A stretch of 64,000 bases of DNA from Geosiphon pyriformis uo1 (lineage: Eukaryota > Fungi > Glomeromycota): the NCBI GenBank assembly GCA_016748015.1, contig JAAOMT010000768.1:1-64000 (forward strand). The letters are read 5' to 3'. A program made the translations under genes and the position numbers. Position 1 is the stretch's first letter, and each line of letters opens with the position of its first letter. Shown here one piece after another: positions 1 to 12,925 of this stretch. The notes under the pieces were generated by a model that did no database searches, was not told the DNA's origin, and worked only from the letters and a program-made list of their open reading frames with translations.

Positions 1-661
1 TCGGATCTAGAGAGAGCTTGAAACGCCTCACGCAATTCAGCAAACTTTTCTTTCGGAATTATTTTTTAGCAACCACAATTGCAACCCAAGAAACGCATTG
101 CTTTTTCATATTCAGTAGAGCCGTTGCAATTATTATTATTCATATACAGGTAATCCTATAAATAAATTATCACTTTCATAACAGTAATCTGCATATTTGT
201 TCAAACAAAGGCATCAAACTATTTTACTGTAGTTTCTGTCGATCGTTAAGTCCGGAATAAATCACGTTTGATTGAAACTTACATTTACTACTATGGTTTC
301 TGTTATGAAACTACTCTGGCATTCTTAAGTTAATGGTCTAAGTGAAATACCAACAACGAGTTCCAAAGAAAACTCCCTGTTATTTGACCTAAAAAAATGG
401 CGAAATAAAATAAAACGCATTAAATTACAAATGTTGCAGCAGTGTGATTCCATTTATTACCTCATTCAAAATACACAAGGATTACAATGGAATTCAATAA
501 AATGACTATTTTTATTCTAGCAATAATCAACTCAAATTCTATGACCACATTAATCTTACTGAGAATGACCAAACATAGGTTTATCTCTCTTTTTTTTTGT
601 TACCACATTACCAGTATTTCAACCAATATAAAAGCATGATAATATTTGATTGCATACTCAG

Positions 662-2299
662 TTACATAAGAGTTTTTGTAGTCACATCCTCTATACAATC
701 ATCAGATTCCTGGGAACTGACAGGGCAACTGTGGGGCATGACTGTATATTCATCTAGTAAACGAGANNNNNNNNNNNNNNNNNNNNNNNNNNNNNNNNNN
801 NNNNNNNNNNNNNNNNNNNNNNNNNNNNNNNNNNNNNNNNNNNNNNNNNNNNNNNNNNNNNNNNNNNNNNNNNNNNNNNNNNNNNNNNNNNNNNNNNNNN
901 NNNNNNNNNNNNNNNNNNNNNNNNNNNNNNNNNNNNNNNNNNNNNNNNNNNNNNNNNNNNNNNNNNNNNNNNNNNNNNNNNNNNNNNNNNNNNNNNNNNN
1001 NNNNNNNNNNNNNNNNNNNNNNNNNNNNNNNNNNNNNNNNNNNNNNNNNNNNNNNNNNNNNNNNNNNNNNNNNNNNNNNNNNNNNNNNNNNNNNNNNNNN
1101 NNNNNNNNNNNNNNNNNNNNNNNNNNNNNNNNNNNNNNNNNNNNNNNNNNNNNNNNNNNNNNNNNNNNNNNNNNNCTGTGATCGAAGAACACGTGAATTA
1201 TTATTTCCATGAGTTGGTACCGGCACCCGATATGGATTAAGGGATTCAGGATTATCCTTTGCTTGTCGAGCCAAATAAGCGTACGCCTTAAGCACTGGCG
1301 GAGATTTTGATTGTAGTGAAAGAGTTTCTGAGATCCAGAGCATTGTGTGCTCTCGGCGTAGAAACCAGTGATTATCGTAGGTGGTTAAAATACCATATCT
1401 ACGCTCATTTGCTCCCATATAATTGTAGATTTGTTGGACCACCATTCTTGCCTTGTCATTATCCTGATAAAACTCGGGAAACCTCCTTCCACCAATATCT
1501 TCTAACACATGCTTTCTTTTAACTTCAATCACCAAGATCAATTGTTCCACAAGATAACAAGTGAAATCCGGTATACCAGGAGTATGAGTTCGACGCATCG
1601 AAAACTCAAAATCTGATCACATAAGCCTATTCAACACCATACAAATATTGACATTCAAGGCATCACGAAGAACCTCTTCATTGACCACGACAAAATCTTC
1701 ATTAAATTTCGGCCTCTCGAATCTCGGTTGTTGATCGAAGCGGAATTGGTTCACTTCCTCGAGAAAGTTATCCCAAAGCAGTACACTTGTCGGTGGGTTA
1801 CCATGGACTTTCGTAGTGGTCTTCGATGTAACACCTGTTGAAGAATATCTTACGGGGGGTGGTATAGATGACAGCGCATCTTCCAAGCTGATTTCAACTA
1901 GAAAAGTAACTCCAGTTAGTGATAAATCCACAGTATAGAAAACCACATTACTATGTCTATTCTACCCTATGTACACACTACTCTATTTCCCCAAAGAAAG
2001 TACTTTTTTATCCTACTCCATTTCCCAACGCCCGAGTTACCTGTCTGAGTTGTTTCCAGCAACGCATTTTGGAATCTTTGAACCTGCACCTTCCACTCGT
2101 CCTTCTCTACTTTTAAATCATTTGCATCTTCCAACTCTTCCTTTTCTTCTATCCATGCCTCCTTTTCATCACTGTCCGTCCACTTTTTACCTCTCAACTT
2201 CTTCTTTAATTCACTTAACCTATCTAGCTTCTCCACGCATCTGTCATACTCGCTCTCAGCTTTCTTCAATGCTTGTTTAATATCTTCAACGCTCGCCAT
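662..2299 (-). pseudogene. Gene A: coiled-coil header + PD-(D/E)XK REase-fold protein (Crinkler-like, kinase probably in the gap); one in-frame TGA
   Basis: Exon 1 2299-2041 (MASVEDIK...ETTQT). Intron 2040-1898 has GTAACT donor, CACTAAC branch point and TTTTCTAG acceptor, phase 1. Exon 2 reads VEISLEDALSS...LNRLM*SDFEFSMRR...GIPDF...VIEVKRK...QQIYNYM...YGILTTY; the TGA at 1619-1617 is in frame with the downstream ORF. Probable C-terminus SRLLDEYTV...TLM* lies left of the gap (766-662). Confidence 0.75.
767..1175. other. Assembly gap (N run) inside gene A
   Basis: 409 consecutive N. Confidence 0.99.
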
Positions 2300-2860
2300 G
2301 GTGTTTTGCGTGTTTGTTATGGTTTGGGAAAATATGGCCTAATATATGTTTGGTTCGTGTCAATGACGTTTCAGATCTTTGATTTATCAGTATAAATTTA
2401 CTATTTAGGTAACAAACCCGCCTTTGTTAAATTACAACAATAATCAGAGTTTTTCTTTAATAATTATTGTATTGTGCAATATTCATTAAATTATTTTTGT
2501 TTTGTTAAATTGACATTATTATTGTTTTATATATTTTAATATTGAATAAAATTTGTTTTATTATTTTAAAGTAAAAATAATTGTAACTTTTAAAATTGGA
2601 AAAAATTAAATATAATTTAATTAAAACTTAAAATATGTAACAAAAATATTACTTACACATTTTTTGTATATAACCAATAATTTAAACTTATATTAAGCTA
2701 TATAAATTAAAAAAACTATTTGTTTTTATTTTATTTAAGTATTTAATAATTTTTTATTTAAATACTTATTTAATTTTTTATTTTAAATATATTTTTATAT
2801 TTAAGTTTTAATAATTTTAAATTAATATTTTATATTTTTTATAAAATTATTAATTATTTA
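2300..2860 (-). promoter_or_regulatory. Upstream/promoter region of gene A, duplicated upstream of gene B
   Basis: 2300-2407 identical to 48240-48347; alignable with indels to about 2860/48900. Confidence 0.8.
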
Positions 2861-3117
2861 TTTTAATACAAATCTGTTTGTGACTATAAAACTAATTAGT
2901 AGTTTAGCTGGAGTTGTAAATACTAAAAAAAATAAAATAAAATACTGTTTTAACACAAAAAAAACCAATATTATCAGAAATTTTTCTAGCTTTTTTTTAA
3001 TGTTATTAATATTGTTTTACTGTTAATTTTGCTATTGATAAAAGTTAAAAACTTTTTAATAAGCTAATTTTTCTTTTAAAATATTTTTTTATACTTTAAA
3101 TTATATATATTGTTAAA

Positions 3118-4740
3118 TTTTTTTTTTTTTTTTTTTAAATTTATTAACAAATAAAATCCAAACACTGCCTAGTACTATACATCAATTAAATAATCTAAAC
3201 TAGGTGTGAATGATGCACTTTTTACATGTAACCAGTCACTCAGACCAATCAGAATGACATTAAGTACTTATATGAACAGAAATCACATCACTTATATCTG
3301 AGAAAAATAAACAGGACTTATGAAACCCAAAACTAATACCAATTGCCTTGGCAATGCCCAATAACCTGACTATGCCAGCCAAAAGCACTTAAAAAAGCCC
3401 AGAAATCAAGAAAAAAACAAATCCATCACATAGAATGAGCTCATTTTTTTCCATGAATGCATAGTGTTTGGCATATACCAACCAAATATCCTTCCAAAAT
3501 GCAAAACTAAACTTGTGTACAAAGGTCACAATATTTTGACCTGCTATTTTGGAGTCTTTAAAAATGGAAACAGACTCATAAAATCAATCTCTGAAAACAA
3601 AACTTTTACACAGCACAATGCTAACCAAAATATCAAAAACACAAGTAGACAATAGTTGTGAAATATCTGAAGAAGAGTGAGTCAGACCGGAGCATACTCC
3701 TCAAGCAGACACATAAATATCTAACAACCAAGCACAATCAGCAGCATCAAATGAACAAGAAAAAGTGTGGTCTGAAACTTCGACATCATCACAGAACAAA
3801 CACATTACACTAGAGTAATACTTATTATAAAGCCACTTATGTACAGCAATGAGAAGCCAATGGTGCAATGCTTTTATAAAATATGTTCAGAAGCCAGCAG
3901 TTAGCTTGTTAGTAAAACCAGTGGCCATATGAGAATTTGGATGCCAAATCAGAGATAACCTAAGCCAGTCAATATCTGTACACAAATATTCTGTTACTAC
4001 CTGAGAACTAGAACTGATTTCCCATTGTACATGATAGACAAACCAAAAAACATTCCAAACAAAATGCCTAGAATTACCAAAAACAGCTGTCCTACCAGCT
4101 CTACAATAGTGTTTATTAACTATATGGAGCAGATATTAATTAGAGAGGATAACAGCCCTGGCCAACTTATTAATATGCACATTGCTTAAAACTTCCAAGT
4201 GATTTTTAACTTTATGTCAAACAATATTCAAATTCTTATGATGACTGACACCAACAATGTAACAGTATTTAATCCAATACTGATTTCTGAAATTTGGATA
4301 AACCAATTCCAATTCCAACTTGCATGCATTCAAACAGCTTGACTGTTCGAAAACAAGTCAACTGAACAAAAAGCAAGAACACACTCAAGAACCAGAGCAA
4401 TGGTCTGTAGTTTCATCAAAGTAGAGAACATCAAATCAGACACTTCCATACCCAAATTTATACTTATGTTCTCAAAAAAAACAGCAGTTCCAGCTTTCAT
4501 ATCACAAGTCCCTAAGCCACTCAATGACCCATCCATATAGACAGAAAGATAATAACATCAGCACACAACAAATTATCATTAATAACACAAAAATCATGAG
4601 ACTGAAGCACATTCAAAGAGCCACAATTGTCTGAAATCAAGGGACAAATAGACAAAAAAGATACACTACCAAGAAACTGAACAGAGATTTCAAACCAAAT
4701 AGAAACCAGACCACATGGATCCAACTGCTTCCAACGTTTG
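3118..4740 (-). mobile_element. LINE 3' fragment: RNase H, CCHC finger, 3' UTR, poly(A)
   Basis: RNase H motifs MDGSL...MKLQTIALVL...SNSQA (4536-4330); CLFCDDVEVSDHTFSC near 3810-3760; T-run 3118-3136 is poly(A) on the minus strand. Confidence 0.85.
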
Positions 4741-5095
4741 AAGGTCTTCTAATCAATTAAATTTATAATAGAATAATTAATTCTATACCAATTATTTTGT
4801 ATAATAAAAGTTAATTTTTTTTTAAAAAAATCTTATTTGTAAATTTTCTAAATAATATGTAATTAATTTATTGTATAAATTAATTTTTTTACAAAAAATT
4901 TTAACTATAAGTTACTTAAATAATATAAAATAAAAATATAAAAACTAAAAAAAAAAAATATATTCAAGAAAATTATTTTAAATTCAGACTTAAAAATATA
5001 TTTTCTTAAAAAAAAAAGCTTTTTTTTATACTATTTATTGTAATACTATTAATAATTTAGTATTTTTTTCTAATATTTTGGCAAACTAAAGATAT

Positions 5096-5741
5096 TATTA
5101 TAAATTAAAGTAACAAATTAACAAATAACAAAGAAGAACAAGATTGTAAAATAATAAATTAATTAAAGAGAATTCAACTTTAAAGAGTAAATTAAATAAG
5201 TATAAATTTAATATATAAAATTAATCTCATAAAATATTTTAGTTGTTAATTTTTTCAAAAGATAATTAGAAAATTTAAAAGTAGAAAGATGATCTGTACT
5301 ATTAATAAATAATAACATACTAATACAATTCTATGTTTTATATTAGCATTTTTAAAATTTGATATTAAATATCAAATATATTTTTTAATCATATTTTATT
5401 TAATAATTTTCAAATATTACAATTATATAAATTAAAAAAAGATAGATAAATATCAACAAGTAATTTTTTATTTCAAAATATTTAAATACTTGAAAGTAAA
5501 AAAGAAAAAAAGAAAAATAAACAATAAGAAAAAGATTAAGTTAATAAATATTGTTTTATTCTTTTGATTTCTTACATATATTTTTATATCTGAAAAACTT
5601 ATTGCTTATATAGCTATTAAAAATAGTCAACAATTAGATTATTAATTAGATTAATGATCAAATTAATAGTTAGATTAACAATTAAATTATTAATTAAGTT
5701 AATAATTACTATTTAAAAATAGTACAGAAAATTATATAATA
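5096..5741 (-). repeat. Degraded solo/remnant LTR, family D
   Basis: Reverse complement aligns with LTR 55536-56239, including the 12-bp U3 repeats; heavily G>A/C>T mutated; no clear TSD. Confidence 0.75.
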
Positions 5742-5749
5742 TTAGTGGC

Positions 5750-7661
5750 TAATATATATAATAACTAATAAAAACTATGGTTTTTAACCATAATATTATT
5801 TTCTCTAAAAAAATTAAACTCTGGTAAAATCAAATTATTTATGAAATATTTTATTTAAAAAGTTTTATTTAACTTAAAACTAACTAGTTTGTCGAAGTTT
5901 TTTGTAAATAAAATATATAGTATATAAGATAAAATAAGCTTTATATCTAAGAAATCAAATTTTTATATAAAAAATTTAGCTTTTTTGGCAATAATTTCTT
6001 AATCTTTAACCAAATTACTAAAAAATTCTTATCTTTAATCAAGTTTGCAATATGTTTTTTTTTCATTCAGCAGTAATTACAAAAGTTTAAACTCAATAAT
6101 TTCAATACTAAAATACAAGTATTTATAACAGTTTGGTTATTTAAATATATTATTTTAGCATAAAAAAAAGATATACACTTTAGAAAAAGAGCTACAATAT
6201 ATAATTTGGTTAGTGTTAATAACAATAGCTTATAAATTTTAATCTCAATTCTTAAATTCACTTCAAAAAAATATGTAACAGCTCTATTAGTAACAGCAAA
6301 AAAACCTAAATTTTTTAAAGACTTATTAGTATATATATTAATTTCATTTAACCAGATCTTATGCAAACACTTTTTTAGTATTGAAAATTTATTTGACAAC
6401 AAACACTATCATTTACCAACCCAGAAGTTATACCAGAAGATACTAATACAAGATTAGAATTATGTAAAAACTTTAATATCAAAACAAACCAAAAAGGCAT
6501 AAGCTTTATAGAATCTAATTTTTTAATTTATTATTCTGCCTTTTTTGTCCAAAAGTATGTTATAAAAAATCATTCTAAATTTTTTTAAAAAACCAATCTT
6601 ATTAAAATACAAAGAAGCTTTTAGAATACTTAATATAGAAAACTTGTCAAAATTGAAAAATACATAAGGCAAATTATTTACCAACAAAAAGCCATTGTCC
6701 CAAAAAATACATATTAATTTAGCCAAAAATTGTTAAAAAAACTGACTTATAACCAAATTAGATGCTGCAAAAAATTCAAAGAAGCCCAGTCCAAAACTTA
6801 AAAATCCAAGAACATAACCAAAAAATTAACCAAAAATACCAGCAGCATTTACAAAAACAATAGTTGAAGCAATTTTTTTTTAATTTGAACTTGCTCAAAC
6901 GTTTTTAGATTATACAATAAAAAATGATCCAATATATTACTAAAAAAATCGTAAAATAAATCAGCTTTTAATCTAAAAAATTTTTTGACTATAATATTTT
7001 ATTAACAGCAACTTTAAAAGAAACAAAGCTAAACTGTAATCAATATTCAATTATAAATTGCAGAACAGCTGAAACCAGATAAAAAAATTGTTTATTTATA
7101 ATAGCTTTTTTTAATATCATATTTAAAAAAAACTTAATATTAAACTGAGTCTTGATTATACTGGGCTTTAATAAATCATTTGTTAATAAAAAATATTCAA
7201 ATATCTATGTGGTATTTACTTTTGAAAATTAAAATTAGTAGTCTACTAATTCTTAAAAAAACATTTTTAATTTGTTAATTGATAAAAATAACTACTGTCT
7301 TATTAATATTAATTAAGATATTATTAAATAAAAAAAAATTTACTGGCAATATTTAATATATATTGTATAAAAATCTAACTATTTTCAATCTTAATAGTGT
7401 TATCAACAAAAGCACCAATTATAAGAAAAAAATTTTTTTTTTGGTATTTATACTGTTTGTTTTGGCTATAAATCTGGTATTAATTTAATATCTATATAAA
7501 TATTCATGTTTTTTAACCTTATATAAAAGAAAGTTATAAAAGATTTTTTAAAAAAAAAGGAGAGAATATTTTATTTTAATATAATTTATTATGTACTTAA
7601 TATCTACATATAAAGCCAAAGTTTGTTATAACTCTATTTATCTTGTTTTCATAAATACTGT
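5750..7661 (-). mobile_element. LINE copy 2, 3' part (RT C-terminus, RNase H), interrupted by Gypsy element 1
   Basis: Decayed RNase H IYTNKSLKNLG...TKLYIVALFLKCI (6402-6067), homologous to 4536-4330. Confidence 0.65.
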
Positions 7662-8537
7662 TGTTACAAGTGATTATTTCTGCTGTTGAATTAAATAACA
7701 AAACCCGTAACTTGGTGCTCAAAAGCTAATTCCATTAATGCAGTTCCGTAAGTGTTGTATCTGAAGGTTTTGATGGAGTCTAAAGGTTTTGGTTGAGTCC
7801 TTTGTATAATAGACAGAGATTCAATAGTGTTGATATCTTCCAAGAGTTTTCCCAATTTCTTTCTCAGTGTGGTGGCTGGATTTAGTCTGGCAGTCATGCC
7901 TTTCTAGTAAGCTATCCGATAATATATAAAATCCTACTCTTATTTCTGGGTCTTTTACCAGGCTATTCTTGACGTCAATAACTTAGCACTTAAACTTCAA
8001 TCAATTAGTATACAACAATAAATCAAAATAAAATAAAGAAAAGAAACAAAAGAAAATAAAAAAATCAAAGAAATAAGCCAAGGCAATTTGCAGATTAGTA
8101 TCCTGTTAATAGCCGCAATCAAGAGCTATTGTTCCAGCATGGTTAAGTAGCAATTACTATCAACATGAAGAGTTGATAGTGGGAAGTGGATTGAGATATG
8201 AAATAATTATTTATTTGATGATTGCGTTTTTTAGGCTAAGGATTCTGTGGTATCGATCCTGTCTTTTTTGTTTCTAACACTACTACTATATATACATAAT
8301 TGAGATTCCTCAATTTCTCAATTCTTCACGACAGGAATTCTGGAATTCCTGGAATCCTGTAATTCCTTTAAGAAGAATCCTGGAATTCTGGAATCCTGTA
8401 ATTTCTTGTCGGGAAATCCTGAAATTCCTTGAATCCTGCAATTCCTAAGAGGAATCCTGGAATTCCACATTTACTATGCCTACTTCTGATTGGCTAATCA
8501 TTAGACTAATATATTTCCTATATTTCTATGAGTAACA
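7662..8537 (-). repeat. 3' LTR of element 1
   Basis: Direct repeat of 16950-17825; preceded on the minus strand by PPT AAAAGGAGGGAATAA (8552-8538). Confidence 0.95.
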
Positions 8538-8550
8538 TTATTCCCTCCTT

Positions 8551-9180
8551 TTAATATTGAGCTCCGTTGAAATCCAACTTATGTAATTCCCTCTCTTGAA
8601 GTATTTCCTGGATTTCGTTTTCGAAAATTATTTGTGTTATTTGGGTCTGTAATTTTTCAAATTGAGCATTGGTGATTTTTCCCAATTGATTACTGGTAAC
8701 CATATCCATTGCTTTGTTGAGCAATATTTCTGGTCTATCCTGAAATACTGTGTATATTCGGTAGATGGCTTGGGCTTGTGTAGATAAGTTGTTCTTTCCC
8801 ACAAAATGTTCTAATTGTTGTAGTATTCTTTTGTCAAATAATTGCTTTGTCTTATCTGTATATAGATTCTGGATATTTATGTGTTGTCCCAAGTAAAAAT
8901 AACAATAGTTTCGTAGAAATTGTTGTATCCACCAATTCCAAGTTTTTTTAGTTAACTCTTAATATAGTGACTCTTTTGTCGACTCTTTTATTGCTAATTT
9001 TACTTTTGCCATGATTTTGTCCACTGTATTTTCAGTTTTTTTTGGTGTTCTGAGTTGCAATGTCTTTCTAGTATCTTAATATCAAATAGTTTGTTGATTG
9101 ATTGTAATCTCTATTTCCTGGTGTTGGATTAATTGAAAGAGTTGTTGTGCTAGTGAGTAAATGTTTTCTGTAATTTCTAT
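8551..9180 (-). pseudogene. Element 1 ORF3 (unknown function, env position)
   Basis: (I)EITENIYSLAQQLF...YFYLGQ...AIYRIYTVF...LGKITNAQF; homologous to 36735-37430, 25740-26419 and 62140-62769. Confidence 0.7.
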
Positions 9181-9249
9181 TTTTCTGATTTTTTCTGTTG
9201 CATCTACTATGTCTTTATATATTCTTCGAATAGATTAATTTAACGTGTT

Positions 9250-10617
9250 GTTGTCAATAATAACGATTGGTTCCAGATCTCATGGAATTTCATCTGGTCG
9301 GACTAGTATTTTCTATATCCCTAATTGTGGAATATTACTGGTAGATGATAGTGTGATATTATGGTATGGTTTTAGTCAATTTTCATGTGCTGTTTTGGTT
9401 AAAATTTTGTTATCCAATCTTAATTTGTAAGCTTCATTTCCTAGAATTTTTTCTATGTGAAATAGTCCATCCCATTTGGGGTCGAATTTTCCACTCCATT
9501 GTTTTTCCACTTTGGTACGATGTAGTAGTATTTTGTCTCCAATCTTGAATTCAACTGGTTTATCTGGTAGTTGGTTATTATGTCCTTCTCTTTGTTTCTC
9601 TTATGACTTTTGTATATTATCAGCTGCTCTTTATTGTTTGTTTTCTAATGTTTCCATTAAGTCATATGTTCTTCTCAGCAATGTTTCTTGAAAATTTTTC
9701 TCTGTTATTGGTTCAGTTGAATATGTATTAATTTCTCTTTCTACTGGTAACATTGTTATTCTCCCATATACTAATTCAAATGGTGTTGCTTGTGTAGTAT
9801 CCTGTTTCATTGTCCAATAAGCAAATAGTACTGATGATATAAACAAATTCCAATCATTCTGATTTTCTTGGCTGAGCTTGGCTATTGCTTCACACAATGT
9901 TCTGTTGAATCTTTCTACTAATCCGTTGGTTTGTGGATGGTATGGTGATGATAATGGTCTCTTGATTCCGAATCTTTGGCTCAATTCTGTTAATGTTCTG
10001 TTCACAAAATGAATTCCTTGGTCTGATAATAATTCTTTTGGACATCTATGTTGACAAATCAAATCCTGATGAACAAATTCAGCAATGGATTTTGCATCTG
10101 CTCTTTGAATTGCTTTTGCCTCTGGCCACTTAGTGAGATAGTCCATAGCTACTGCTATGTATCTGTTTCCTCTACTGGTAATTGTTAATGGTCCAATTAA
10201 ATCAATTCCCATATGGTCAAATAGTTGTCCCACTTTGATTGGTCTTAATGGTTCACTGGATTTTGTTCCTTCTCTTTGCTGACAAGCATCACAATTTTGA
10301 ATATATTGAATGATGTTTGAGTACATTGATGGCCAATAGTATTTTTTTCTAGTTTTTTCCATGGTTGCTTCTTTGTGAAAATGTCCTGCTGTTGGATTTG
10401 AGTGCATGTTGAATAATATTGTCTCTTTTTCTGGCTCTGTAATTACTCAGGTTGGTTGATCTGGATCTTTTTTATTTTTCCAATAAAGTATATTTTGGTG
10501 AGTAATAAAATATTTTGATTGTTGTTTAATACTCTTTTATTCTGTTTGAGATAAATTCTCCTTGAACTGTTAAGTGTTTATATAATGTTGCAGTTGTTGA
10601 TATTTTTGTATGTTCAT
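9250..10617 (-). pseudogene. Element 1 integrase (HHCC, DDE, GPY/F)
   Basis: H-x6-H...CDAC; GIDLIGP, SDQG, YHPQTNGLVERFN; own ATG at 10617. Confidence 0.9.
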
Positions 10618-10680
10618 CTTTTTGTTATATTTTTCATTGGTATTGTTCTGGTTTTGTTATATTTTTGTGTTAAAATGTTC

Positions 10681-11990
10681 TTAGATTTGTCTCATTTGTG
10701 ACAAACTGTCAGCATTTCCATTGTTCTTTCCCTTTTTGTAATGTATAGTATAATTGTATAGTGCGAGTGCCATTTTCCATCTTGACTGTTTTCCATCTTC
10801 AAATTCTTGTTTTTGAAGTGATGTTAATCCCTTGTGATCTGTGTATACTTCAAACTTCTGGCTCAAGTATTCTTTCTATTTCATGACTGCCCAGTATATT
10901 GCTAAGTGTTCTTGTTCCAGTGTTCCATAATTCTTTTTGGCTGGTGTTAACCCTCTGTTGGCATATGCTACTGGATGTTTTCTGCCATCTGGTTCTTTCT
11001 GAGATAGTATTGTTCCTAATGCTTGGCTGGATGCATCAGTGGTGATAATGAATAGTTTGCTGTAATCTGGATAGATCAGTACTAGAGCTTGGATGAGCTT
11101 TCTTTTCAGAATATTAAAAGCTTCTTGTTGACTTTCTGCCCATTTATATTTGGTATTCTTGTTTTGCAGTTGGTTGAGTGGCTGTGCTATCTTGGAAAAA
11201 TTCTTAATAAAACGTCAATAGTAGCTAACAAATCCCAAGAATGATTTCAGTTTTGTTATATTAGTTGACACTGGAAAGTTCTTTACTATTTCTATTTTCT
11301 CTGGATCTGTTTTGATGCCATCTTTGCTAACTATGTGTTCCAAGAATTTTAGTTCTGTCTTGCTGAAAAAGCACTTTATTGCATTTAACTTTAGTTCTGC
11401 TCTTCTTAGTCTTTCAAACACCTGTTGAAGATGATGAAAATAATCATCAAATGTCTTTGAGAATATGTTGGTGTTGTCCAAATATACAACTACTGATTTT
11501 CACAGTAAGCCAGTATAAATGATTTCTATTAGCTGTTGGAAAATTATTGGGGCATTGGTTAAGCCAAATGACATTACTTCAAATTCAAAATTTTTTTCTC
11601 TAATAGTAAATGCTGTCTTCTTTTTGTCAGCTGGATTCATGGCTACTTGCCAGTAACCACTGTTCAAATCTAATGTTAAAAACTATTTGTTTCCACCGAA
11701 AGCATCAAATAGTTCCTGTATTTGTGAAGTTGGATAACTGTCTCTATGAGTTACACTATTGAGTTTCCTGTAGTCTACACAAAACCGAATTTTCCCATTC
11801 TTCTTACGGACAAGTACCACTGGTGACAACCATGAACTCATTGATAGTTGAATTAGCCCATTGTTAAGCATTCTGTTTATCTCTTGACAAATGATCTCAT
11901 GGCTGGCTGGCAGTACTTTGTATGCTCTTTGTTTAATTGGCATTGCATTTCCAGTCTTGATCTGATGCTGGATAATATTAGTTCAACCAA
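10681..11990 (-). pseudogene. Element 1 RT and RNase H
   Basis: SPVVLVRKKNGKIRFCVDYRKLN, YLDNTNI, TDASSQALG, YTDHKGL, NADSLS. Confidence 0.9.
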
Positions 11991-12494
11991 ACTCATTTTT
12001 GCTGGCAAAGATGTCGTTGAACTTGTTAAATAACATCTTAAGCTGTATACATTGGAGTGGATCCAAGTTTCCTATGTTCATTTGTTCCAATTGTTCTGGT
12101 TGGAGCAAATAACATTCGTTTTGTCTATAGATTATTTGTGATGTAATGTCAACATATCCACAAAGTTGTGGAAAGTCTGGAATGGGGTTTGGTGGTTGGT
12201 TTTCTATTTCTGTGGTTAAATATCTGATGGTGATTCTTTTTGGTATGTTGATGACATTGCCAGTGTTGTTATAGATGAGAATTTTTATGCTGCTATAGCT
12301 TTTGGCTGGTATGTCAATCTCTTCTGATTCACAAAGGTTTGCTTCAGCTTCAAAAATTTGTTCTTGCTCTTTTTCTTTCCTTTTTATTGCTAGCATGTAC
12401 TGGCTATATGATGGGATGGAAATAGTTTGACTGGTTGAGATAATTTCTCTTTGGCCAACAATTTCTTTCTCAGCCATATTAACTAGTATATCTA

Positions 12495-12925
12495 TTCTAC
12501 CTGTTGATCTGAATCCTTGTATCTCTCTTGCTGTTATTCCTAATTCCTCTCTATTTCCCACTGATACTAACTGAGCTACTTTAACCAGAAGCAGGAATAT
12601 TGCCTGTGCTATCTTTTCATTGGGCTCTATGATATAAGCCTTTTCAGAGTCATTTTGTAGCATAGCAATAATATTTTCTACATATCCCACGTCAATTATT
12701 CCTCCTCTTATATTAATCCCTCTTTTCGCTAAACTACTTCTAGATGCTAATTGAACCATTGTTGTTGCCAGAATTTCTAGTGCTATTTTCAGATCAATGC
12801 AGGTGCATAAATTTGGTTCCAATTTGATAGCTTCTGTCCCTGGATACCTCAGATCAAACCCTGCGTTAGTATCATGCGCACATTCTGGCATAATACCTTC
12901 TCCATTGTCACTATACCATTTCAAC
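12495..12925 (-). pseudogene. dut: Element 1 dUTPase domain
   Basis: All five motifs: AGFDL, RSSLA, GIIDVGY, EKIAQ, REIQGFRSTG. Confidence 0.9.

Noticed and set aside
1-300. CpG-containing segment possibly belonging to a neighbouring gene
   Set aside because: No supportable ORF or motif within the window
597-1210. Long ORFs 597-1181(+) and 662-1210(-)
   Set aside because: Their length is an artefact of the N gap; only the 766-662 minus segment is plausibly coding
7691-7897. Small ORFs within LTRs (also 43530-43715, 53644-53922)
   Set aside because: Short, not open in sister LTR copies, no recognisable domain
8120-8180. Short word matches (TTCCAG, AGCAATT, AAGAGTTGA) between the family A antisense strand and family B/C unit 2
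   Set aside because: Opposite orientation, different spacing and pairing; cannot be distinguished from chance
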